Positions 16,466 to 26,200 of a stretch of 64,000 bases of DNA are shown here, in pieces. The number at the start of each line of letters is the position of its first letter. The first letter of the stretch is position 1. Source of the DNA: Kiritimatiellia bacterium. Its GTDB lineage: Bacteria; Verrucomicrobiota; Kiritimatiellia; RFP12; UBA1067. The notes under the pieces are model-generated. The model saw only the letters and a list, made by a program, of their open reading frames with translations. It was not told the origin of the DNA and did no database searches. The translations under genes and the position numbers were made by a program. The DNA lies in NCBI GenBank assembly GCA_017403825.1, contig JAFRDO010000010.1, forward strand, positions 20,401-84,400, given 5' to 3'.

Positions 16466-18499
16466 ATGAACATCAAAAGCATACTGATCGCGACCTCGCT
16501 GATGGCGCTTGGCGCTTCGGCGGCCGATGTGTCCTACCCCTACACACCAGGCAACACCAACCCCGGCGCGGGCGTGACAATCGCCTTCGACGGCGACAAC
16601 AACATCACGTCGATTTCGGCGACGCCGACGGACGGCGGCTCGATTACCCTAACCGGCGGCGCTCCGACATTCGCAGCCGGCGCAACGATTACAGTGAATG
16701 CCCCGGGTTCGCTCGTGTTCACCGGACCGGCGACGGCGAATGGTGCGCTCGCCATAAACCGTGGTGACGACGCATACCTTGCCTGGTCGTCCGACACGGC
16801 CTTGAACGGCACTCTTACGGAGAGTCCGTGCTTTACCGGCCTATCCAGCACCGATCGCGATGAAGGAAGAATCGAGTTTTTCAGGCTTGTCTCGACAGGC
16901 CCTACAGACGACAATAACGTTTTCGGCCAACAGGGGCATTGGAATCTGATTACCTATACAGGATCCGGAATCTTTCAGTTCAACAAGGTATCGGCCGCTT
17001 ATGCGTTCACTGCCCGCGTTCAGCTCGGCCCTAAAACGTCCGGCGAGAACAATCTGTACGCTCGTTGCCTCAACGCCATCCGCTCGCCACGTTTCGGCCT
17101 TTACCCCGATGAAGAGGCTGGATGGGCGACGCTCAACATGTATAATGCGTGGAGCGGGAAAGCCCATCATACCGAACGCGGGCGGTATAACATCACAGAT
17201 TCTTACGGCACGGGTCTGGGTTCGACGGAGAACCTTGGCTTCCGGAAGATAATCATACGCCGCACAACCGTTCCCAACGGCCCGGTGTCTGTTCGTTTCA
17301 ATGGTGGCGCAACGCTTGGCTCAGAAACCACGATTGGCGCGGGGCTTGAGGCGGTGTTTGTGGCGACGGCCACCGATGCCGTTTCGCTTGGAAGTGCAAT
17401 TTCCGGCGATGGAGACCTCAGAATCGAGACGGCGTCGTCCGACGCGACTACGACGCTTGACTGTGATATGTCGGGCCTTGTCGGCGGAAAATTCACCATC
17501 GAGGGAAAAGACAACGCTATCCACACGGTCATGCGGACTGCAGACACGAAGTTTCCATCTGGTGGCGAAGTGCATATCAACACCAACGCCATCCTCACCC
17601 TCTATGGCAACACGGTAAGCACAAGTTATGCCTGGAAGCAGTCGCTGTTCGTGCATCGCGGTGGAACGCTGAAGACTATAGACAAGACCTGGCAAATCAG
17701 GCCCAAGCAGCAGATTATGCTCGATGGCGGTACATTCAACGTCCGCAACGGAGTGTTCTACCTCAACTACCTGGTTCTTTCAAATGCAACCATGAACGGC
17801 ACATCATCGCCGCGCTCGGTTTACAATGAATCGTCCGGGCAGTACTGGCGGGTGATAGGCACCGAGCCTTCGTATCTGACAAGTACGTATGGTGTTAACG
17901 TTTATGGGGCCTCCAGCAAGAGTTCCGCCGTCCCGTTCAGATTAGATGTCGGGGATGTGGCGGATGGAGTCGATTGCTTCATGAGTCGCATTACTTGTGA
18001 CACGGGCGGTACGAACGTTCCGTGGTTCTGGTTCGAAAAATATGGAGCGGGCACACTTAAGATTTCCGAGAATTCGAAGGGCGTGCGCATGGAGTCGAGG
18101 ATTTACAACGGAACTCTGCTATTGGCAGGAAACAGTATCATGACGAACGAGGTGCAACTGTTGGGCGGTAATTTCGCGATAGATGCAGGAAAGTCCAACG
18201 CCCTCGGAAACCTCACGGCGACCACCAATGCAACGCTCACGGTTGGGGCGGGTGGTTCTCTGTCGTTCGCGTCATTCACGCCGGGTGCGGGTCTGGCAGA
18301 GAAATCAATTGTCATTGACGCGCCGATGGAAGGGAATCTCGTTAGAATTGGCACGAACGGCAACGGTCTTGCGGCAGAGCATTGCAAATACTTCCGCTGG
18401 AAGGACGCTACGGACGCGACAAAACTCTGGCGCGTGGAGCAGGATGCTGACGGATATCTACATCCATCGATAAAGGGCGTAGTGATACTCGTTTATTGA
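16466..18499 (+). CDS. Large secreted PATR-repeat protein, paralog 2
   Basis: It has the signal peptide MNIKSILIATSLMALGASA. Its N- and C-terminal modules are shared with 6377..8818, including the terminal 'FRWKD...D.DGYLHP' followed by a hydrophobic strand. Confidence 0.6.
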   Translation: MNIKSILIATSLMALGASAADVSYPYTPGNTNPGAGVTIAFDGDNNITSISATPTDGGSITLTGGAPTFAAGATITVNAPGSLVFTGPATANGALAINRGDDAYLAWSSDTALNGTLTESPCFTGLSSTDRDEGRIEFFRLVSTGPTDDNNVFGQQGHWNLITYTGSGIFQFNKVSAAYAFTARVQLGPKTSGENNLYARCLNAIRSPRFGLYPDEEAGWATLNMYNAWSGKAHHTERGRYNITDSYGTGLGSTENLGFRKIIIRRTTVPNGPVSVRFNGGATLGSETTIGAGLEAVFVATATDAVSLGSAISGDGDLRIETASSDATTTLDCDMSGLVGGKFTIEGKDNAIHTVMRTADTKFPSGGEVHINTNAILTLYGNTVSTSYAWKQSLFVHRGGTLKTIDKTWQIRPKQQIMLDGGTFNVRNGVFYLNYLVLSNATMNGTSSPRSVYNESSGQYWRVIGTEPSYLTSTYGVNVYGASSKSSAVPFRLDVGDVADGVDCFMSRITCDTGGTNVPWFWFEKYGAGTLKISENSKGVRMESRIYNGTLLLAGNSIMTNEVQLLGGNFAIDAGKSNALGNLTATTNATLTVGAGGSLSFASFTPGAGLAEKSIVIDAPMEGNLVRIGTNGNGLAAEHCKYFRWKDATDATKLWRVEQDADGYLHPSIKGVVILVY

Positions 18500-18533
18500 T
18501 CGATGTACAGCCCGCGACAATGTTGAACAGGCG

Positions 18534-20051
18534 ATGAAAATACTTGTAGGAGCGTTTCAGTGCGAATCGAACACGTTCTCTGCCGCAAAGGCGGGGAAGG
18601 AAAACTTCTACATCCTGCACGGCGAAGAGGCGAAGCAGAAGCTTTTCGCGTCCCATCTCTTTGAGGAAGCAGGGTTTGAAGTCGTGCCGCTCGTCTATGC
18701 CGTAAGCCTGCCGTCCGGCATGGTGACGCGAGAGTGTTTCGACGAGGTGCTGGCCGACTTCCGCGCCGAAGCCGCAAAGCATCCAGACGCCGACGGCGTG
18801 TACCTCTATCTGCACGGCGCGATGTACGTGGAGGGACTTGGAAGCGGCGAGGAGTGGACGGTGAAGGAACTTCGCAAGACCGTCGGCGATGCGATTCCCA
18901 TCACGCTCGCGCTCGACTTCCACGGCAACCTGTCGGACGGGCTCGTGCCGCTCGTGCAGGGTATCGCCGGCTACCGCACCGCTCCGCACACCGACTACGA
19001 CGACACCGAGCGCCGCGCCGCCGAAGCGCTGATGCGGATTCTCAACCCGGAACCCGAAACCCTCAACCCGGAACCCATCCGTCCCCACTTCTTCCGCATC
19101 CGCGTGCAGTTCGCCGACGCCGCGCAGACGTCAATCGAGCCGTACGTCTCGGTGCTGCGGATGATCCGCGAGCTGGACGCCGACCCGCGCGTCGTGACGG
19201 CGTCCGTCTTCAACGGCCAACCGTGGGTAGATGCACCGTTCATGTCGGCGTCGATCGTCGTCTATTCGGCGTCCGGCCACGACGAGATCCACGCCAAGGC
19301 CAAGGCCGTCGCGGACTACTTTGACGCGCATAAGACCGACCTCACCTTCGGCGTGCCTGCGGTCGCGCCGGAAGACGTGGCGGAAGCCGTCCGCACGATG
19401 GCAAAGCCCGTCTTCGTGAGCGACTCCGGCGACAATACCACGGCAGGCGCGGCAGGCGAAAGCGACTGCCTCGTAAACGTCTTTCGCGGAACGGGACTTA
19501 AGACGCTTTTCACTTCGCTGTACGACCAGGACGCCGTGGCGAAATACGCCGGTAGCGCCGTGGGGCGCGGCAGGATTCTCGGCTTTGTCGGCGAAGATGC
19601 CGGAGAAGGCATTGTCGTGCGGGAAGGCAACGTTGACATCGTCTATTCGACCGTCCGCACCTCCTTCACGATGAAGGAACACTTCGTGGCGATGGGGCTG
19701 AATCCGGCGGACTATGACGTGGTGGTAGTGAAGCAGGGCTACCTCTGGCCCGGCGCGGCATCGCTCGCCGCCTCGCAAGTCTTCTGCATGACCCCCGGCA
19801 CTGCAACCAACGACTTCTCGACTTTGCCTTTCAAGCATCTTGAAGGCGACTACTACTACGTAAAACCAACCACAACCCCCAATCCTCCTTCGCTGAAGCT
19901 ACGGAGGATAAACCCCCAACCCCTAATCCCTAACCCCCAACAACCATGTCCTACTACAACAAAGAAGAGTCCAACAAGCGCATTGCCGCCGTTCAGGCAA
20001 TCCTTGAAAAGAAGAACCTTGACGCCGCGCTCGTCTATTTCGACGAGCTGA
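18534..20051 (+). CDS. M81 family metallopeptidase (MlrC / microcystinase C-like, DUF1485+DUF1446)
   Basis: The N-terminus 'ILVGAFQCESNTFS' matches the MlrC 'hETNtF' signature, and the length fits. The last ~40 codons are Pro-rich and overlap the next gene, so the true 3' end is uncertain. Confidence 0.7.
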   Translation: MKILVGAFQCESNTFSAAKAGKENFYILHGEEAKQKLFASHLFEEAGFEVVPLVYAVSLPSGMVTRECFDEVLADFRAEAAKHPDADGVYLYLHGAMYVEGLGSGEEWTVKELRKTVGDAIPITLALDFHGNLSDGLVPLVQGIAGYRTAPHTDYDDTERRAAEALMRILNPEPETLNPEPIRPHFFRIRVQFADAAQTSIEPYVSVLRMIRELDADPRVVTASVFNGQPWVDAPFMSASIVVYSASGHDEIHAKAKAVADYFDAHKTDLTFGVPAVAPEDVAEAVRTMAKPVFVSDSGDNTTAGAAGESDCLVNVFRGTGLKTLFTSLYDQDAVAKYAGSAVGRGRILGFVGEDAGEGIVVREGNVDIVYSTVRTSFTMKEHFVAMGLNPADYDVVVVKQGYLWPGAASLAASQVFCMTPGTATNDFSTLPFKHLEGDYYYVKPTTTPNPPSLKLRRINPQPLIPNPQQPCPTTTKKSPTSALPPFRQSLKRRTLTPRSSISTS

Positions 20052-21118
20052 ACGTCGCAAACGGATGGTACCTCACCGGCTGGTGCGGGCAGTTCGAGAA
20101 AGGCTCGGTGTTCGTGCCGCGCAAAGGCGAGCCGTGGCTTCTCGGCGGACCGGAGTCGGAGCCGTTCGCGTTGCAGTCTTCGGCCGTTACGAAGATTCGC
20201 TGCTTCCCGGTGTTCATGGTGCCTGAGGAGGAGTACCCCAACGCGCACATCATCGGCTTTGCCGACCTCTACAAGGAGATGTCGGAGATGGGGCTGCCCT
20301 TGAAGCGCATCGGCGTCGTCGGCACGAACACGATTCCGCACCAGGTCTACCTCGATTTCCAGGCCGGCTTTGCGGGCGTGGAGCTCGTGGACATCACGGG
20401 CGACTACGAAGCCATGCGCGCCTACAAGAGCGACTGGGAGCGCGAGAACATGCTGAAGGCCGTCGGGCTCTGCGACCTCGCATACGATGCGATGAAGGCG
20501 AAGATCGTTCCAGGAGCGTTCGAGTATGAGGTCGCCGCCGCCGGAGAAGCGGTGTGCCGCGCGAATGGCGCGACGAACTTCGCGTACTCCACGATCGTCG
20601 GCTCCGGCGAGCGCGCCAACGCCGTCGTCCCGACGGCTACGAACCGCCAGATGCAGCCGGGCGAACTGGTCATGATAGGCATCGCGCCGCGCTTCAACGG
20701 CTACGCCGGAACGTTCGGCGACACGCTTCCCGTGAGCGGCGAGTACACCGCCGACCAGAAGGAGTGCATGAAGCATCTCCGCGAAGTGATGCACCTTACG
20801 AAGGCCATGCTGAAGCCGGGAGTGAGCGGCAAGGAGATCGACGTGCCGGGACGCGAATACTACAAGAAGCACGACCTCTTCAAGTACCTCGTCTGCCCGT
20901 TCGCGCACACGATCGGACTCATGGAGGCGGAACTTCCGTTCTACGGGCCGAACTCCGAGGACGTCCTCGCCCCCGGCATGACGGTGATGGTCGACGTGAG
21001 CTTCTTCGGGCACCCGAAGTTCAACGGCGCGCGCATCGAGACGGGCTACATCATCACCGACACCGGCTGCAAGCCGATGTCGCCGAAGATGGACGCTTAC
21101 TTCGCGCAGTCCCTGTAA
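19946..21118 (+). CDS. M24 family metallopeptidase (Xaa-Pro aminopeptidase / creatinase-like)
   Basis: A creatinase-like N-domain is followed by a pita-bread fold with metal-ligand-like blocks ('VMIGIAPRFNGYAG', 'HTIGLMEAE', 'VMVDVSF'). Confidence 0.8.
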   Translation: MSYYNKEESNKRIAAVQAILEKKNLDAALVYFDELNVANGWYLTGWCGQFEKGSVFVPRKGEPWLLGGPESEPFALQSSAVTKIRCFPVFMVPEEEYPNAHIIGFADLYKEMSEMGLPLKRIGVVGTNTIPHQVYLDFQAGFAGVELVDITGDYEAMRAYKSDWERENMLKAVGLCDLAYDAMKAKIVPGAFEYEVAAAGEAVCRANGATNFAYSTIVGSGERANAVVPTATNRQMQPGELVMIGIAPRFNGYAGTFGDTLPVSGEYTADQKECMKHLREVMHLTKAMLKPGVSGKEIDVPGREYYKKHDLFKYLVCPFAHTIGLMEAELPFYGPNSEDVLAPGMTVMVDVSFFGHPKFNGARIETGYIITDTGCKPMSPKMDAYFAQSL

Positions 21119-22803
21119 CGATCGACCTCGACGCTGAAGACAAGTTCGTGCGACTGGCCTGGGGCTAGCTCAAGCGCGCCTTCCTTCGTCCGGCAGCTCG
21201 GCCCCAGGCCGATGAAACGCTCGGTGTCGCCGGCGTCAAGGTTGCGGTTGTGCGGCTCGACATTCCCCGGCGACCACACGACGACGCCGGTGTTGCCGCT
21301 GGCGTGCATGCGCAGTTCACGCCCCGCCCCCGCATCGACAAGGGCGAAAGCGTCGCTGCGACGGGGGAACGCGGCGTCCATGCCGCCGACCGCCGCAAAG
21401 TCGTTCTCCTTCACTCCGCGCAGCGTCACCGCGCCATAGCGACTTACCGCAAAGTACGGCTGGATGCCCTCGGAAAACGAAAACGGACGGTCCCCCGTGT
21501 TCTTCGTGCGCATCGTCATTTCAAGGCGGCTTGTCATGCGCAAGGTCAGCTCAAGGTCGGCGGCATACGGGAAATCCGGATCCTCGCCGGCGGCAAGCGA
21601 GAGCCCCAACGTGACGGACGACCCTCCGGCCTCATTGGGATCGCGATGCCGCACGGCAAGTCTGCGGTTGCGGGCTAAGCCGTGGATTGAGCTGGCCTTG
21701 TCCCCCTTCTTGCCGAACCACGGCCAGCAAACCGATATCCCGCCATGAGACCAGTCGCCGTCGGCAGATTCGGTCCGCCGGGGCATGAAGAGCAGTTCCT
21801 CTCCGGCAGGAGTCTTCCACGAGAGAATGCGTCCGCCTTGAAGATCGATGACTGCACGCCCGCCAGGGCCGACGACATCAACCGTGCGGGACGGCGCTGT
21901 CGGCGACATTTTGACATCTCCGCAAAAGCCCATCTGCACGAGCCAGTCCCAGAGGAGCGGACGCCACGCGAGGAATTTTCCCATAATCGCGCCTTTGGAC
22001 TTGAAGTCATGGTCGCGCTTCGCGAACACGTGAAGGTCGCACGGAACGTGCATCGCGTGCAGCCGTGAATAGACCTTTACGCTCCCCATGGGCGAGATTA
22101 CATCGGCATCGCCGTGCATGAAGAACACGGGACATGTCGCAGAGTCAAACTTGAACTCGGGGAGTATGACATCCTCGGCGAGGTCGCCGCCATGGGTGTT
22201 CGCGCTGTTCACGCCGTCGGACAGCACATACGCCGGATACGCAGGCGCCGCAAAGGCGATATTGCAGGGCAGAGAGTCGATTTCATCGATAGGCTCGTAG
22301 GTGCCGGTCTGCGAGGAAAGCGCCATCAGAAGCGCAAGGTGTCCGGCGGCGGAATAGCCGAAGAAGCCGATCTTGTCCGGGCTGACACCGTGCGCCGCCG
22401 CGCCGTGGCGCACGAGCCGGACGGCCCTTTGCGCATCCTGCCATGCCGTGACGTGCTTCGCGACCTTCTTCGGGCGCGGCGTCCTGTGGTGCAGGCGCAC
22501 GACCGTCATCCCCTTCTCAAGCAGCCAGTCGCGGAATCCCCCTCCCATCGACCCATTCGGCACCCAGTTGCAGATGCCGTATCCTCCGCCGCACGTCACG
22601 ATCATCACGGCGTCGGTGGTCTTGTTGGAAGGCACGAACCACTCGATGAACGGCTCGTTGTACTGATTCTCCTCAAGGGACGGCACCTTGCCCTCCGGCC
22701 AGAGAGCTATGCGCTCGCCCTCCGGATCTCCCGCTAAAGGGTCCGTAGCAGCCATTGCACCCGCCGCGAACGACGCGACGACACAGGCCGAAACAAAACT
22801 CAT
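21097..22803 (-). CDS. Secreted bifunctional-looking protein: N-terminal alpha/beta-hydrolase esterase (GYSAAGH) fused to a C-terminal hexose-6-phosphate mutarotase / aldose-1-epimerase-like domain
   Basis: The start was chosen at the ATG at 22803, which has an AGAAGGG RBS and a clean signal peptide (MSFVSACVVASFAAGAMA); the ORF extends to 22833. The esterase GxSxG and an 'HGDAD' block are followed by a YeaD-like 'CWPWFG...HGLARN' motif. Confidence 0.65.
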   Translation of the reverse strand: MSFVSACVVASFAAGAMAATDPLAGDPEGERIALWPEGKVPSLEENQYNEPFIEWFVPSNKTTDAVMIVTCGGGYGICNWVPNGSMGGGFRDWLLEKGMTVVRLHHRTPRPKKVAKHVTAWQDAQRAVRLVRHGAAAHGVSPDKIGFFGYSAAGHLALLMALSSQTGTYEPIDEIDSLPCNIAFAAPAYPAYVLSDGVNSANTHGGDLAEDVILPEFKFDSATCPVFFMHGDADVISPMGSVKVYSRLHAMHVPCDLHVFAKRDHDFKSKGAIMGKFLAWRPLLWDWLVQMGFCGDVKMSPTAPSRTVDVVGPGGRAVIDLQGGRILSWKTPAGEELLFMPRRTESADGDWSHGGISVCWPWFGKKGDKASSIHGLARNRRLAVRHRDPNEAGGSSVTLGLSLAAGEDPDFPYAADLELTLRMTSRLEMTMRTKNTGDRPFSFSEGIQPYFAVSRYGAVTLRGVKENDFAAVGGMDAAFPRRSDAFALVDAGAGRELRMHASGNTGVVVWSPGNVEPHNRNLDAGDTERFIGLGPSCRTKEGALELAPGQSHELVFSVEVDRYRDCAK

Positions 22804-23245
22804 GCATGCCCTTCTTTCGATCATCATTGCCAACCCTTTCTTCTAGTTGTTGTCTACGGAGATTATAACACACTTCGCCGCATCATCGCGCAAAGAGAAT
22901 ATCATTCAAGAAACGAGACTATAGCGACTAACGGGACTTCCAAGACAATCGGGACTTCCGAGACTTGCCCGCCGAAGCCTTGGCGAAAGCGGGTCCCGTT
23001 TGTCCTGGCCGTCCCGAATGTCCCGAAAAGCTCGCATTTCTTGTCATGCGCATATTGTACCATTTTTCAGACGATTTACGGGCGCAACGAGCACATCTAC
23101 TCTTTTAGGCGTCACCGTGCAATGATTTTATTTGCATTTGCAAAATTTACAGTATGAGAGGCGGGTGATATTTGGTATCATATAACCATAAGAATGGACA
23201 TGCACTTATGAAAAACACGATGCAATCGGAAGGAGTCGGATTCCT

Positions 23246-26200
23246 GTGAAGAAACTGGCGGTAATGATGGCTGCGCTTGGCGCGCTAGCGGCGATTGCCG
23301 ACGGCGGTGGCGCCGCTGCAAAGGACAATGTGGAGCTGCTGCCTTCAGCCTTCGACGGCAAGACGCCTGTCGTCGTCGAGACCGATGCGTTCAGGCTCGT
23401 CATCAATCCAGATGCGACGGCGCAGTCGCTTGTCATCAAGGCGACAGGCGAGGAATGCCTGGCGTCCAAGGCGGGGCTGCCAGTGTTCGCATCCGTCCAG
23501 AAGCGTCCGTTCAACAACGAGACGCGCCTGGTGCAGATGGCCAAGCGCACGATGTACCCCGCCAACCGCATCAGGCGCGACGGCGACATCTTGCGCATCG
23601 GGTTCGACACCGCGCCCTACGAGGTGGAGGTACGCGTCCGGGAGCGGGCAGGCTACGCCGCGTTCGAGCTCGTGCGGCTGATCTCCAACACCGTGCAGGA
23701 GAAGCAGTACGGAGGACTGGAGCCGTGGCAGATGGACGTGCCGCCAGTCGAGGAGTTCAGGCTCCTCCAGCTGCCGGTCATCGAGCGCAAGAACTTCGGC
23801 GACTGGCTGAACGTGGAGTGGGACGACCGTGCGGCGGTGGCAGTGGTCGGTGCGACGCCCTACATGGACGTGGATCACGAGAAGCGCGGCGACTGGCGGC
23901 TGCTGCGTGCGGACGCGCTCTCCGGCATCGGCCACGGCATCACGAACGGCGTTGCGGCAATCGCCGCCGGAGCCAGCAAGGATGAGCTCCTCGCGCAGAT
24001 CGAGGCGATGGAGAACGACTATGACCTGCCGCGCGGTGTCGCAAGCCGCCGCAATCCCCTTCTCAACGCCTCCATCTACTGGACGAGCGACATCTCCGTA
24101 CACAACGTCGACGAGCATGTCGCCAACATGAAGAAGGGCGGCTTCCGCATGGCGCTCCTCTACTATTCCGGCATGTTCCTGAACGGACACGCCTACACGA
24201 ACTACGGTGACTACGATCTCAATCCCGAACGTTTCCCAAACGGCTACGACGACCTCAAGGTCGTTCTGGCGAAGATCAAGGCCGCCGGCGTCACGCCCGG
24301 CTTCCACACGCTCCAAACCTTCATCGGCTTCAAAAGCCGCTACGTGACGCCGGAAGCCGATCCGCGACTCAACGTGAAGCGGTATTTTGCACTGGAACGG
24401 CCCTTGCCTGGCGATGGCGCAACTTGCGACGTATATGTGGCGCAGAACCCGGTCGATGCGCCGATGCACCCGAAGTGCCGCGTACTCAAGTTCGGCACGG
24501 AGCTGATGCATTACGAAAGCTACACCACAACGCCTCCTTACAGGTTCACCGGCGTGGAACGCGGCTACTTAGGCACGACCGTCAAGTCGCACGGGCGCGG
24601 CGACGGCGGCGGCATCCTTGACGTGTGCGAATGCACGGCTACAAGCTGCTGCATCGACCAGAACACGTCCCTTCAGGACGAGATCGCCGAGAAGATCGCG
24701 AAGGTCTACGACTGCGGCATGGAGTTCCTCTACTTCGACGGCTCCGAGGACGTGAACGTGCCCTGCAACGTGAACATCTCCCTTTCGCAGTGGAAGGTTG
24801 CCAAACATTGCGGGAAGATGCCGCTTTTCACAGAAGGCTGCGCGAAGACGCACTTCGGCTGGCATCTCCAGAGCGGAGCGAACGCCTTTGACGTGTTCCC
24901 ACCGGAGGTGTTCAAGGAGAAAATCATCGAATATCCGTACAAGGCGGCGCAGCGTCTGGCGAAGGATTTTACTCGTGTCGATTTCGGGTGGTGGGGAATC
25001 CGCGCCAAGGGTCCGAAAAGCGTAGGCACGCAACCTGACATGTGGGAATACGGCACGTCCAAGGCGGCAGCGTTCGACTGTCCGGCGACGATGCAGATGA
25101 ACCTTCACCGCATCCATGCGAACGGACGCATGGACGATCTCTTCGAGACCGTACGACGCTGGGAGGACGTGCGTGCGCGGAAGTGGCTCACGCCGGAGCA
25201 GAAGGAAATGCTGAAGGATCCGAAGCGCGAGTTCCACCTCTACCTGAATGATAAGGGCCAATATGAACTGGTAGAATGGAATCAGCTTGACGTGGCCGGC
25301 GGCAAGTGGACGGACGTGCGGGCCTTCATTTTCGAGCGCAACGGACGACGCGTCGTCGCCTACTGGCATGTTCACGACCGCGCACGCCTCGTCTTCGCCG
25401 AGCCGCTGGACGGCACGGAGTTCCTCGATGCCTCCGGCGTGAAGTATTTCGAGACATCGCTTCCGGCCGAGACCGTCCGCGCCGCCTTCGCCTCCGCCGC
25501 GGTTCATGGAATTCCCACTGACCGACGCATCGAGATATACGGCTTTTTTGATGACAATGACGGACACATCCAGGGGATGTGCACCGACGGAGAATTCATC
25601 TACCTCACCCAACAGAGCTGGATATACAAAGTCGACCGCCAAGGCAAGCTGGTGCGCAAGATAAAGACGCCAAAGCACACCGGCGACGTCTGCTTTCACG
25701 ACGGGCGGATATACGCTTCGAGCATCCACTACTACGGCGAGTATCGCGGGCATGGCATCATAAGGGTTTATGACACCGACCTGAATCTCCTGAAGGAGAA
25801 GATGCTTGAGAAGTGCGGCCTTGACGGCATCACGTGGCTCGACGGCTACCTCTACGTCGGCGGCGGAGCGCACAAGCCGACCATCCCGCACAAGCCGGGA
25901 GAGGCGCCGGAAACGAAGACTCCTCACTTCGACAACAATCTGTTCAAGGTCGATCCGAACACGCTTGAAATCGTCGAGCGCTATGTGCTGAACCACGGCA
26001 CGAAGACATGCTATGGGATTCAGAACGCGACGACGGACGGAAAACTCCTCTACTTCTGCTACTACGTGCCCGGACGTAACATCCCCAACTGCATCGTCTA
26101 TGACAAGAACATGCACGTCGTGCGGACCCTGACGTTCGAGGCTGGCAAGGGCTCAGATTTCGGACAGGGCTTTGACTTCGTCGGCGCCGTCCCGGGCGGG

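Noticed and set aside
19856-21013. 385-aa minus-strand ORF across the M24 peptidase gene
   Set aside because: It is an antisense GC-artefact. It has His/Arg/Leu-rich composition and no start context, while the sense ORF is a well-formed M24 peptidase.
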